From NCBI RefSeq assembly GCF_003704095.1, contig NW_020847681.1, positions 248,001 through 312,000 of the forward strand: a stretch of DNA of 64,000 nt, in the 5' to 3' direction. Under the pieces are notes generated by a model. That model made no database searches. It saw nothing but the letters and a program-made list of their open reading frames with translations, and was not told where the DNA came from. A program made the translations under genes and the position numbers. Below, in pieces: positions 53,901-64,000 of the stretch (positions are counted from its first letter, which is position 1; every line of letters starts with the position of its first letter). Source of the DNA: Pocillopora damicornis. Lineage: Eukaryota.

Positions 53901-56900
53901 AAGTTAAATTGGCTGTCTTGCTACGAGTCTCCCATAGCTTAGTTATAAAGCGTCCAAGTACTAATGGAAGGGTCTGAGTCCAGTTTCGAGCACCGGGACT
54001 CGCGTTTTTCTTTCGCGAGTCTTCCTCTGTCATTCAGTTTAATCACTACCCTTAAAATTTACCATCTTCATTTACATCATCTTTCTGCATAGGCATCAAA
54101 TATCGACATTCCTACCTTATAATATGCAGGAAATTCATCACCTTAAACTTAGTTAAACGGATCTTCTTGCCACGAGTCTCCCGTAGCTTAGTTCTAGAGC
54201 ATCTCGAGTAGTAATTGGAAGGTCATTTGTTTTTGTTATTCCGTCTTCCTACGTCTAAAGCGCGACGCTTAAAATTTATCATCTTCATTAACATCGTTAT
54301 TGCGCTTAAGCATCACATATCGACATTCCTACTCTTGCAGTAGGTACGAATTGTGTCACCCTGGGCTTAGCTAAACGGTCTTACTCGACATACTCGCAAC
54401 GAGTCTCTCAGAGCTCAGTGGTAGAGCGTCTAAAGCTCAAATCGGAAAGACGTAAGTTTGTGTCATTCACGGAATAACTTCTTCCTTCTCTTAAATCGCT
54501 AGGCCTAAAATTTACCACCTTTGTCTGCATCATCATTGCGCATAACCATCACATATCGACATTTACATCCTCGCAATATGCAGTAAGCTTGTGATCATGG
54601 ACATTTTTTAAACGGCTTAGTTTGCCACGAGTCTCCTATTTCTCAGAATAACATCTTCCTTCACTATTTTTTGCATATATTTACTGACATGTGAAATAAA
54701 TCCGCATGCACGTCTGAAACATAAGCACATCTCACGTCATCTGACAATGTCCCTCTGTGAGGAGCTTAAAGTGTAAACTAATGTGATCTTCTTCTCTTTA
54801 GTGTCGTTGTCTTTGAAGCTAACGAAGTATTCTCTGGAGACATGAAAAACTTGCTGTTGTACAGCAGTGTGTCCTCATCCCTAATTCCGCGGCTCTTCAA
54901 CGACCCAACATTTATGTTTTCAAAACAAGGATTATCGTTTAGAGGAGTTATCAAAGGAGAGGTAAGATTACTGAATGAGATGACCCCCGATTCAAATGGT
55001 TTTTTAATATTAAATATTCAACTTGTAAGGAAGAAATCACCGGCATGAATAGCATGTATTACGATTAGGTGGTTTCCTAAGAGCGAGGGAAACCAGTAGC
55101 TAAAGAAAAAATGATTTGCCATGCCGGATTAGGTTGTCTGCTGGTTTTAAAAAAGTTTCTTCAAGACCAAACGCTAATTTTTCAGTTGGTAAGTGCTCTA
55201 TTTCGCACGGTACCGTTCTCCATTTTCGAATCACGAGTTAATTGACATGAACTATACGCACATTCAAATGAGAAACTGAGGAAATAGTACCTCAGATGGC
55301 GGAGACGCACCTGTTTACTTGGAAAAGTTGAAAAGCAGACCCTCGAGGAGTCAACTTCATGCAGTTCTTAATCACTTATAAAACGATTGATGGGAACAGG
55401 CTCGTCAAAATTTTTTTTTTCAAAGTCCCTAAATTGCTTAACCTTTTTGGTATTAATTTTTCAGATAGAATATGGAACACGTTTCTACGGGTTCGAAGAG
55501 GAAATAAGCGACTGTTCATATGCAACTATTGATATCATCAGCGGAAAAGCAGCATTTTCGACATTGTACTTTACCTTTAAGACAAAGGAAGAAAGTGGCG
55601 TTCTTCTCTACAGCGAAAAAAACGTGAGCAACATTGCATTCCCATCTGATTTTCTGCGAGAATCAAATAACTGCTTTATCTTAATCTCATTCAAAATTAT
55701 CCAGTGCATTGAATTTCTCATTTCACTCAGGATTTTTATTTTTGAAACACCACTCCATTTGGTTTGCAAACCTTTAAAAGGTGCGTCAAAACAATTTGTC
55801 AAACACCTACAAAAAAATGGTTGAGTGACTCCTTATACCCGGCCGAATCTACTTCGTCGATACCATAAAAAGAGGAGTTCAGACTTTACAAATTATATCA
55901 AGATGTTTACAAGAAAGTGAATATATCATACGCCTAAAGTTTTACTTCTCTTTTTATTAAACGTTTACTCAGACGGAGGATGCACCATCGCTGTACATGG
56001 CATTACGACACGGAGACTTATACTTTTGGTTAGGGGATATTGAATCAGTTCCTGTCTTCTCTTCGTCAAATATCACCTTCTCGGACAATTCATGGCGCAC
56101 AGTGCTTTTGCAGCTCACGGACAATGGGTGGGTGCAATAATTCTCTATGTTATATAGCAATGTGTTAAGCCACAAATATTGTACTTTTACCGAAAATGTA
56201 CAAGGCCTGTCATTAGTTTACAATCCCCAATGGCTTATTTCCTTTACGGTTTATATTTCCAAGTCTGCAACAAAGAATAAACTTCGTTATGAGGGGGAGG
56301 CACTTTTCTTCACTACGAATGCTCATAAGTCGTGATAAGAACGACATAAGATTAGAGATCCACCCTCCAAACACCTATGAAACGTTGGAAAAAACAAAAT
56401 TGCATTATCAAGTAAGTTAGCTGCTGTGATGTTTCTCTTGTTTTAACAGATACGAACTTTACGTGAATAACACTCTTGTTTACACTGGTGTCTATAACTT
56501 CGCTGCTTTATCATTGGTTCTTCATGATCCATTTTATATGGGTGGCATTCCTTCCAATAAGTCATCCCAGACTCCTTACGCACTCTGTTTCAAGGGTGGC
56601 ATGAAGAATTTGACCGTTGACTCCAGGTAATTTCGTTATCTTTTATCGTAAGTCCTGCGCTACAAATTGATGTGTCGTTAGAATTTTTACCCTCTGTTTT
56701 GATGAAATATTGTGAAGAGGTCATTTTTAAATTCTGATTGCAAGCCTACACCTTACTCTCCAAATTAAATCTAGAATTAGTAACTGAAATCGATATAAGA
56801 CGTATAAGCGCTATGAAATTTGTCCTTATTTATGTACTATTTTTTGGTTAGCTTAATAGATTTCTTATCTGAACATACTGTGGGTGTATCAAAGGCGGGA

Positions 56901-59900
56901 GTGGTGCCAGCCTTTGTACCTCCACCCATCCCTCCGTCCTGCAGTGCTTCCCTTCCTCCACCCGTTTCGTCCAGTAGTAGTGGAGCATTGCATTTCGATC
57001 TTCAAGAAAGCAGAGGAAAAGGCTTCATTGGATTCAATTTGAACGAAATTCAAAGCATAGTGTTCGAATCCAGGTAAATACCTATCTATTGAGATGGTTT
57101 ATTTCATTAATCAGTAGGCTGAAGACATTACACTTTGACATTGTAATACTTTCCCCGATCAAAAACACAAATTACATAAACTACATAGAGGATCGATTAT
57201 ACGTTTTTTGTGCCTGATGCAATTCTATTAATCCAGAAGAGGAAAATGCACTGCCCCCATGCAAGAGAAAGTGCTGTGAAAGACTATAAATTAATGTTCC
57301 CAAAAGTTTGTTAAAATTGCCTTTTACTGCCAATAACTAAGGTCAAATACATGCGCACAATGGTGTCGACTCAAAGATTCGAATAGAGATACAAAATATC
57401 GGCAACAAATGTTACTTGTGGTGTAATGCTCCTTTGCTTTGCAGGTTTGTAGTTGGATTATCCTTCCGAGCCTTATCAGACGACGGCCTATTATTATATG
57501 GCACCGACAATGACACACACCCGACTCAGTTCTTTTCACTCGAACTTGTCCATGGAAAATTGGTCTTCAAGTTTAACTCGGGTAAAGGCCTGGTTTCTAT
57601 GACCAGTGAAGAAAAGTACTCTGGAAACGGCCAATGGTTTTCAGTAAGAATATCTCATTACATTGCTATTTAATATTCAATTATAGATCGTGGAGTCAAT
57701 GATTACGGAGTTCACAGGCATTAGGATGACAGTAATGAAGGTTAACAGGCAATTGTCTCACTAATTTCCTCAATCCTTTCTTGGTCTGTTCAATTCATTA
57801 GGCTCAATATCAACATATCAACCATTATCTATAAGTCTAATCTCATTAAATTGACTGACATAATATCAGGTTCATATTCTCCGCCTGTTTCATTTTGGTG
57901 CTATGCTAACAAGTACTATGGATTATGTGAATGGAAGACACGACCCGCCCAGTCTTTCGATGAATCTACGCCACTTGTATATTGGTGGACTACCCAGTTA
58001 CGTGGTTGCTCCAACAGTCACCAACAGGCATGTTGTTCATTAGGATACAGTAAAGTGGATTGAATTCTCTAAAAATTTGTCCACAAGGAGAGTTTTAAGT
58101 GACAAGCAGATAGTGGCCCTTGACTAAATCTCGACAAAATAATTTTTGCTTTCGATTTCCAATATGATTACAAACGTTATGTCGCTTCATGAAGATAGAG
58201 TAACATGGATTGAATTCTTTATAAATTTTTTCACAAGGAAAATTTTAAGTGACAAGCAAATAGTGGTTTTTAACTAAATCAGCTGTATTCTCGAATTCAT
58301 GTATGATTACAAACGGTATACTTCTTGAAGAACGTAAATTAGTGATGTCAATGCTAAATTTAAGGAACATAGTTCTGCAGTGATGACCATGCAGACTGCC
58401 CGATAATGGACAATTAACTAAAGAACTTTCGTACATCATTTGATAATCATAACTATCTTTTAGTGAACTAGTTATAATCTACTGTGTACTTTTGTTGTTA
58501 TTTTAGGTTCTTAGGGTTTGCAGGCTGTATGAAAGATTTCGATGTTGCCAACAGTGAATCCTTGTTCGATTTTAACAAACCTGATAGTAGAGGCTCTAAC
58601 GAGACTCGCGGTCTGTGTTACGACAAGGCTCAGCCAGGTCTCGGTTTCAATGGTTCCTCTTGGGCCAGATTTGGCAAGTGATACTGTGCTATCTTAATAG
58701 TCGATATATTTAGACAAATTTAAGACGGTTTCTGTCTGAACTCTAAATGGCAAGATAGTTTGGAATACTTCCAAAAGTAATCACACGCGTAATTTCTGAA
58801 CGAAAAGCTACAACTTGCTGAAACTTATCACAAAACAGTACAACATGCTCTAGAATGAATGACATTATACTGGAAAATACCTCTGTCATTTTCTGGAGTT
58901 CTATTCGAGAGTTACAAAAGCCAAATCTCATAAAATTTATTGATTTTTAGATGACTTCAATTTAAGTGCAGAGTTCAATGTCCAGGTGACTTTCCGGACC
59001 TCATCACGTGACGGATTGTTGTTTATGATAACAAGTGCTCCTGATTCTACAGGTTAGTTAGTGCTACAAAGACAGGATTTGAATGATTTGAAATTCGTGA
59101 AAGTATATACTAAGTAAAAGATGACTTATGTTACACTTCTAAAGACGTCACCTAAGTAAAACTGTCTGTGACTTCGCGCATGGTTGTGAGCAACAATTGG
59201 ATGTTTTTCATTTGAGGTATATTAATACCAATACCACACTCTGCATTAATAGCAAGTTTGATTATTGGTGCCAGTTTTCATCACGAGGGTCATAGCAAAG
59301 GGTGACTTAAGATTTCCCTTTGTTTAGTTGCTGTGTGATCTTTCAACAAATTTGACAATTTTCATAGGGACGAATGACCAATGGGGTTTTAGATAAAAGG
59401 AATACTGATAAGGACTTGTTTTGAGTTAGTACAAATGAACTGTAAAACTTAGCAAGAATGACTGACGCCTTCGAAATTAGATTTCGATAGTCGATGGTAA
59501 ATGCAATAGATGTAAATTTGAGTCTTTCGAGTCATGTCTCGATTTGACAAAGCTTTCTTTGCTTTTATTTAATTATCTGTTTATTCATTTTTGGTCTTCT
59601 TCATCAGCGGGAAACAGAATGCACATCCGTCTGGAACAAAAGAGTGGTCAGGTACGTGAAGCGATTAGAGTTTTAATTTATCATTGAAATCATGAATACT
59701 TAAAAGATAGAAATCGATTTGGCGGGGAAGGGCTATGGATTCGGGAATAGATATGATGGTATGATACACCTGAATAAGTTTTCCTTCGTAATCTTTGAGC
59801 CCACAGTTAACCTAAAGTAAAAGTTAAACTCACATATCTGTAATAGAGTGATGATTTCCTTGTCCTTATAAACTTAGATGATTCTGACTTACAACACCAC

Positions 59901-60867
59901 GACAAACGAATCACAAATTGTTTGGACCGAACCTGGACTTGGAAATGATACCCAATCGTCTTACATGATGTGCCAAATGAATTGGAACACGGTTAGAGTT
60001 ACCAAGCAGGGATCTAATCTAACCGTCGCCTTAGATGACGTCCATTCCGTCACCAAGCCGGTTCGATATGGCACCAACATGACCGGGCAGCTATTTCTTG
60101 GCGGATATCCAGGTTAAATTTCATTCTTAATGTTAGGGGGATTGTGAGCGAAAACGGGAAAAAAGTCTGCGCTTCCTCGACTTACAAGCAACCAGCTCTT
60201 TGTCTACTGCTCCTTTCGATTATTCCTCTGCAGTATCCAAAGCTCGAGCACGTCCTCAAGCAGCCTTCTGCGAAAAATTAAATCATTGAAAAATCAGACA
60301 TAAAAATCAAACAGAAAAATCCTAACAATTGAATACTAGTTAAATAGCTGATGCCCTTTTGTCTAACTATTGAAGCGCCAACCCAGAATTAAATATAATC
60401 ATGGTTTGTATTTTTTCGGTATTAAAGCACCCATTAGGTTTATTATTTAGTGAGGTTCAATTTCTGTGTAACACAGGACCGAAAGGATCAATATACACGC
60501 TAAGTGAAACACGACCAGGTTACCAAGTTAACTTTGAGACATATAGGTAAAAATTACACTTTCTCTCTATGAAACATTGGGACAAAATTTCTCGACTTTG
60601 GAAGTTTGATATTGACTTTTCCCTGACCGCGGCAACCCTATTTATCACATTACGATATGTTGAATACCACAGACAATAATGTTAGTTTTTTTCTGTTTTT
60701 AAACTACAGCTGATCAGTTGGGAGGATATCCTTCAGTTTTCACGGGATTCAAAGGCTGCCTCAAGAAGTTTACTGTGGACGGAAATACTTTACATTTTGC
60801 AGATTTAGCGCAGTTTTCTTATGTCTCATCGGCTTGTCCACTGACGTCAAGCGAAGGTGGAATTTAA
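26938..60867 (+). CDS. Laminin subunit alpha-like protein (alpha3/5-type short arm; LN-LE-LF-LE-coiled coil with inserted C2 domain-5 LG), ~51 exons, ~2,700 aa
   Basis: Signal-peptide-like start [23 protein letters not shown] exons: 26938-27252, 28438-28683, 29130-29198, 29288-29365. LE exons from 29675-29903 ([14 protein letters not shown]) and 30178-30296 (CNCHNHA...GGGVCLNCQ) through 36689-36791. LF-like exons 37311-38794. Further LE exons 39108-41015. Coiled coil from 41464 (CSMCIQNL) to ~50650, including C2 exons 45902-46115 and 46962-47170. LG1-5 from ~50650 to 60867, with a Pro-rich LG3-LG4 linker (56852-57073) and ending FKGCLKKF...SACP...*. All exon phases join into one frame. Confidence 0.9.
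31146..32219 (-). CDS. Intronless TMEM121/CECR6-family multi-pass membrane protein nested antisense in a laminin intron
   Basis: 357-aa open ORF with about 7 hydrophobic segments. Family-like motifs [22 protein letters not shown] and [13 protein letters not shown]. The cytoplasmic tail has two SAPPPPY motifs. It lies wholly in the laminin intron 30297-33251. Confidence 0.8.
   Translation of the reverse strand: MADIFIAVARFAFFTLMVLQCFLLASYPAHYEDSGNWYAASIFYMPAAAIWWFINSNNGELSQVLLFWIVYVWLGIVPMVGIVFGRICGKIGSEGFWNASTLIMTLCITPFLLLLTLHTRIASNQPIVHANRVCEWTAKATINAFGGIELLSVLLEESQYNQEISKDFKNAIIAFTCLSFMWWPLGASLDRDAENVEGDRTCYLLSFGIQVVFDMIFFGLRLGLFQGCGRSVSVFMSKNIIFIIVYSRRILRCFCGLDDASNPTVSEPPREQMEPSTQINLRASSSNPFTLSSVPNNSGSAPPPPYTADQQQGQTIESSTFNTQVVSEYVGSRVINVRGFDTFEDRIPSAPPPPYEA
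32869..33047. repeat. Palindromic (MITE-like) dispersed repeat, decayed
   Basis: ccatttggcacgagaatatg...cataatttcgcgctaaatgg form imperfect inverted arms. Confidence 0.55.
36892..37160. repeat. Dispersed repeat with hairpin, same family as 5100-5390
   Basis: ctattcaccgcagtggaggtggctag..atatttatcaagccgcaaagcggtgaggtaaatatcc..caccgaggtgaatag forms an imperfect palindrome; tagccaatcagagcgcg follows. Confidence 0.6.
42098..42584 (+). repeat. Purine-rich low-complexity (GAC/GAG/GAA) tract in a laminin intron
   Basis: Decayed gacgaggacggtgac-type triplet periodicity. The acidic reading frame has several stops and frameshifts. Confidence 0.8.
45902..47170 (+). other. C2 domain (synaptotagmin-like, topology I) encoded by two exons of the laminin-like gene
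   Basis: [141 protein letters not shown]. Splice sites are canonical and the phases are 0-1-0. Confidence 0.9.
46553..46689. mobile_element. 137-bp palindromic MITE with 8-bp TSD
   Basis: ggatcaatatcagtatctgggtaactgtccacctacccctcccctaacccaaca...tgttgggttaggggaggggtaggtgggcagttgcccagatactgatattgatcc, flanked on both sides by gtttcctc (46545-46552 and 46690-46697). Confidence 0.92.
50256..50458. repeat. Local tandem duplication, ~105-bp unit x2
   Basis: agtaaacttcaagcggctatcatcg...agtttcataacatcccat at 50256 and 50361. Confidence 0.9.
53230..54662 (+). repeat. Tandem array of ~6 tRNA-derived units (230-275 bp) in a laminin intron
   Basis: Marker gagtctc near 53393, 53666, 53925, 54174, 54401 and 54629. 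Most are followed by an A-box-like tagctcagtggtagagc. The first unit keeps the B box ggttcgactcc. Units share a spacer ttaaaatttaccatcttcattt..atcgacattcct. Confidence 0.85.
58056..58316. repeat. Local tandem duplication, ~150-bp period x2
   Basis: tggattgaattct...cacaagga..ttttaagtgacaagca..tatgattacaaacg at 58056 and 58206. Confidence 0.85.
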
Positions 60868-61236
60868 AGCAAAAGTGTAACACACTGCTTGCACCCTTTT
60901 TCTGTTACACAACTTTTTCGTCGGCAAGCCAGGAGATAAGTGAGCAATACTTCGCTCTTTACTCTAGGATACGATTGCGCTGTTTATGTAAATACTAAAT
61001 ATCCTCTCTTGGATATACCCAATTCTTCAATTTAGGATGTAACGCGTTTAACACTTCGGTTAACTATTGTGTCTAAAAACATTCATACCAAAAGATAGCA
61101 CTGAAAAAGTCAAGTGTCCGATAATATGTTGCACTAGGGAGGAGCAACGTGTCAAGAGATATTTATGTGCTCCAAAAGGGTTCGAAGATTTACCTTTCCA
61201 AGAATATCTGTATGAGGAAATTTCATATAACGCCTG

Positions 61237-61242
61237 AATAAA
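61237..61242 (+). terminator. Candidate polyadenylation signal of the laminin-like gene
   Basis: First AATAAA, about 370 nt after the stop codon. Confidence 0.4.
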
Positions 61243-62066
61243 TGGTTATCTGTATATGTGCTCTTAGCCATTTTGGATTTTGTCTTTAAATTCAGACAGC
61301 TTGACAAGAGTAAGTAGTCAAACCGTCAGAAATCTGAACAAGGGGAGATAGAATACGCTTCACTGTTTCAAGGACTCAAAATAATGTAGAAGTCTTGTTA
61401 TGAAAAATAATGAACGTTATCCCCTTTACCTACTGTACCAGGGATCAACAGTTATATCAGGAATGTGGTAAAACATTTTCCTTTTTACCAATTTTTAAAG
61501 TAATTTTTTAAAACTAAGCTAGTGAATAGCAATGAGAGTGAGGAAAATCTTTGTGTACGATGCGATTGAGATTACTGAGCACGACGGTTTAACTGTAATA
61601 ACATACAAATGGGTTATTCGAGTATAAAAAGGGGAAAATGATGAAATTTCAAATGTTGGTCGTCCCGCTTTTCCTAAAAGGTAAAGAAGGGAGAGATTGC
61701 AGGAACACAGTTCAGCCGTATCCGTGAAAGGAACTGATCATCTTACTTCCCGACATTTTCCCTCTGTCTCCATCTATTTGCGAACCTTTGGAGTTGTAGT
61801 AGACCATTGGCTCTTAACTACATCTTTTGTCGACTATTTACAGACATATTTTCAAATTTAACTACAATCCCAGGTGTGACAACGGACACGTTGTGACCTA
61901 TACCTGTACTTATTATCACATTATCAATAAAGTTTGGTCATTTACTTTGTATCAAAAATTACAAACATTGAATTTTTGCATTGGGAACATTTTGGATAAA
62001 CCAATTTTAAGCTATTTCAGTTAGTCTTTTGGGTGTTGAGCTGCATTTGACGGGACTGAAATGGAC

Positions 62067-62088
62067 CTCTCTCTCTCTCTCTCTCTCT
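62067..62088. repeat. (CT)n microsatellite
   Basis: Uninterrupted ctctct run of about 11 units. Confidence 0.95.
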
Positions 62089-63376
62089 ACCCTCCCACTA
62101 CAGCGGAAACTAGTTTCTTTCGACTGGTCATAGCGCTCAGAAAAATTGAACCCTGGCCACCCCCCTTGGCCTTTGACCCAACCCCCGACACCACACTGTG
62201 ATTTGTAATCCCGTATGTGGAGAGGGAAGCGAGGAGATAAATTGTGAATAATTAAAACAGGACGACAGTAGAGATCAAGTTTTGTTATATCGAAACAACG
62301 CCGACAGATTTTGATACATCACTTGAGAACCTACCGGCTCCCGAAGTTTCATTTATGGATCATGGTAAAGTAAAGGAAAGATTAGGACTCCACTTTGAAC
62401 ACCTTAAAAAAACACCTAAAAACTTTACAATGCACGCAAAGGTGTTATCCCAATTCTTTCACATACATTTCAGTACTTCTCTCTTTCTTTTGTTTGATAG
62501 AAAACTAAATAATTAAAGGTTTTTTATTTCATCTAGCATGATTAAGCTACTGTAAAGTAAAAATTACACAGTGATGAAAAGTTGAGAAAGTTATATTGAA
62601 CTCAAACAATAGAATAAATTAAAAGATGAACATTTAATCTGAAGACAAAAAAAAAGACTTTTCCTAAGCTTTTACAATTGAAAGACAGACAAGTGAGGAA
62701 AGATTCTTTCATGGTTTCTATTGTTTTTATTCCACAATCTAATTTTCAGGAGAGAAATACACAACTCTCTTGTACTAAATAAGAAAAGAAAGCATTCAGG
62801 TAATAGATTTAGAGACATTCTGAATTGTCCATTAGTTCTGATCAATTCTTGTTTACAGTGTTCGTAATGTATGAGGTCCTTTTAAGAATTGTTTTTAGAG
62901 CATATTAAAAGAAAAAAAGTTTTTGTCTCAAGTATCATTGCAATTATGCATATACACTTTCAATGGCAGTGCTTTTATTACACAAAGGACAAACATATAT
63001 TATTGGTTTTTTTTAAAATGTGCATTTTTCTTGCCATCTGAGAAACAAGTACAACAATGTATTGCAGTTCTACTTACTAGGACAAAGTTATTATTAATCT
63101 TTAAATTTTTTGCCTTGATTTATAGGACACAGAATATGGTTGGGCTGGATTGGTTGAAAGGACTTAAACCAACAAAACATGACTGCCTTGGATGTTTGCA
63201 TCTCACTTTTAAATGTTAAGATGCAAAGAAGAGGCAAACTTTATTATCTGCCAAATTATTATTTACGCTATTGAGGTTCCAACCAAAGTGAATTCAAATA
63301 ACTTCTTGTTAAGAGTTTGAGGGTGGATTGGTGATGTTGTGTTTACAGAATCTTGCATGTTCATTTGCTGTCACTT

Positions 63377-63511
63377 TCACATGAAGTCATCAAATTCATC
63401 TCCATAATCATAATTTCCACCACCAAATGCATCCAAGTCCTCTTTTCTGCCAGCCTTGGCACTAGCTCCTGAGAGAGTGGCTTTCTTAACAGCCTTTTTC
63501 CCTTTCTTTGC
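63377..63511 (-). CDS. EIF3J: Eukaryotic translation initiation factor 3 subunit J, terminal exon (rest of gene beyond window)
   Basis: ttttttacag|GCA AAG AAA GGG...GAT GAC TTC ATG TGA translates as AKKGKKAVKKATLSGASAKAGRKEDLDAFGGGNYDYGDEFDDFM*. The basic stretch followed by a DDFM end is characteristic of eIF3j. AATAAA on the minus strand at 63240-63245. Confidence 0.85.
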   Translation of the reverse strand, partial: AKKGKKAVKKATLSGASAKAGRKEDLDAFGGGNYDYGDEFDDFM

Positions 63512-64000
63512 CTGTAAAAAAAATCAAATAGGTGATGATAAGATTATTCTGGTCCCTTATTTCATAATGCAGTGATACTACAGATTCAGGACAATACTAT
63601 TGTAAGCTTCATTCATTCCAATTAGCTGTGTCCTGTTTTCACTCCTCCCTGACAGGAGAGGATTACGCTTAAATACACAGGTGATTTTTTCTGGTAGATA
63701 TTTTGCACTTGATGTATTTAAAATTATGAGACCTTGAACCAGAGAAGAAAAAATTATTCTAGAGAATAATACTGTTAATTTATGCTTCGAGAGAAAGCTG
63801 AATGTGACACAACAAACATTTAAATAACCATTGAGGGTGGAGTATTCAAAGAATATTTATTACTACTTGTGATATACATGAATGTTCATGTGCTCAGTGT
63901 TATCCTAAGGTCAACTGAACCCTACCTTTGTGTTTTACTATTATACAGTAATCCATAAAATACACAATAATGTGTGCAAGCAAGGTAACATTTAATAACA

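Noticed and set aside
61827-63219. Short ORFs between the laminin and EIF3J 3' ends
   Set aside because: AT-rich intergenic/UTR sequence with non-ATG starts, no splice support and no homology signal.

Overview
AT-rich eukaryotic genomic DNA with spliceosomal introns. The gene set and repeats resemble an anthozoan, probably a stony coral; that is an inference. Left to right: (1) a decayed Helentron on the minus strand, with PIF1 helicase fused to an AP-endonuclease domain and a neighbouring RPA-like OB-fold pseudogene; (2) three partial copies of a TIR element with ~190-bp internal tandem repeats around a 100-N gap; (3) CCT3 on +, with one exon on the opposite strand, which together with a displaced target-site duplication points to an inversion or misassembly; (4) MCTP, a three-C2-domain transmembrane protein, on -; (5) a ~34-kb, ~51-exon laminin alpha-like gene on + (~2,700 aa); (6) the last exon of eIF3J on -. 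The laminin introns hold an antisense intronless TMEM121-family gene, a palindromic MITE and a tRNA-derived tandem array. The most striking observation is a complete synaptotagmin-type C2 domain with all five Ca2+-ligand Asp positions. It is predicted to splice in frame, as a phase-0/phase-0 two-exon cassette, into the middle of the laminin coiled coil. All gene models were read by hand from splice sites and reading frames; no database searches were run.
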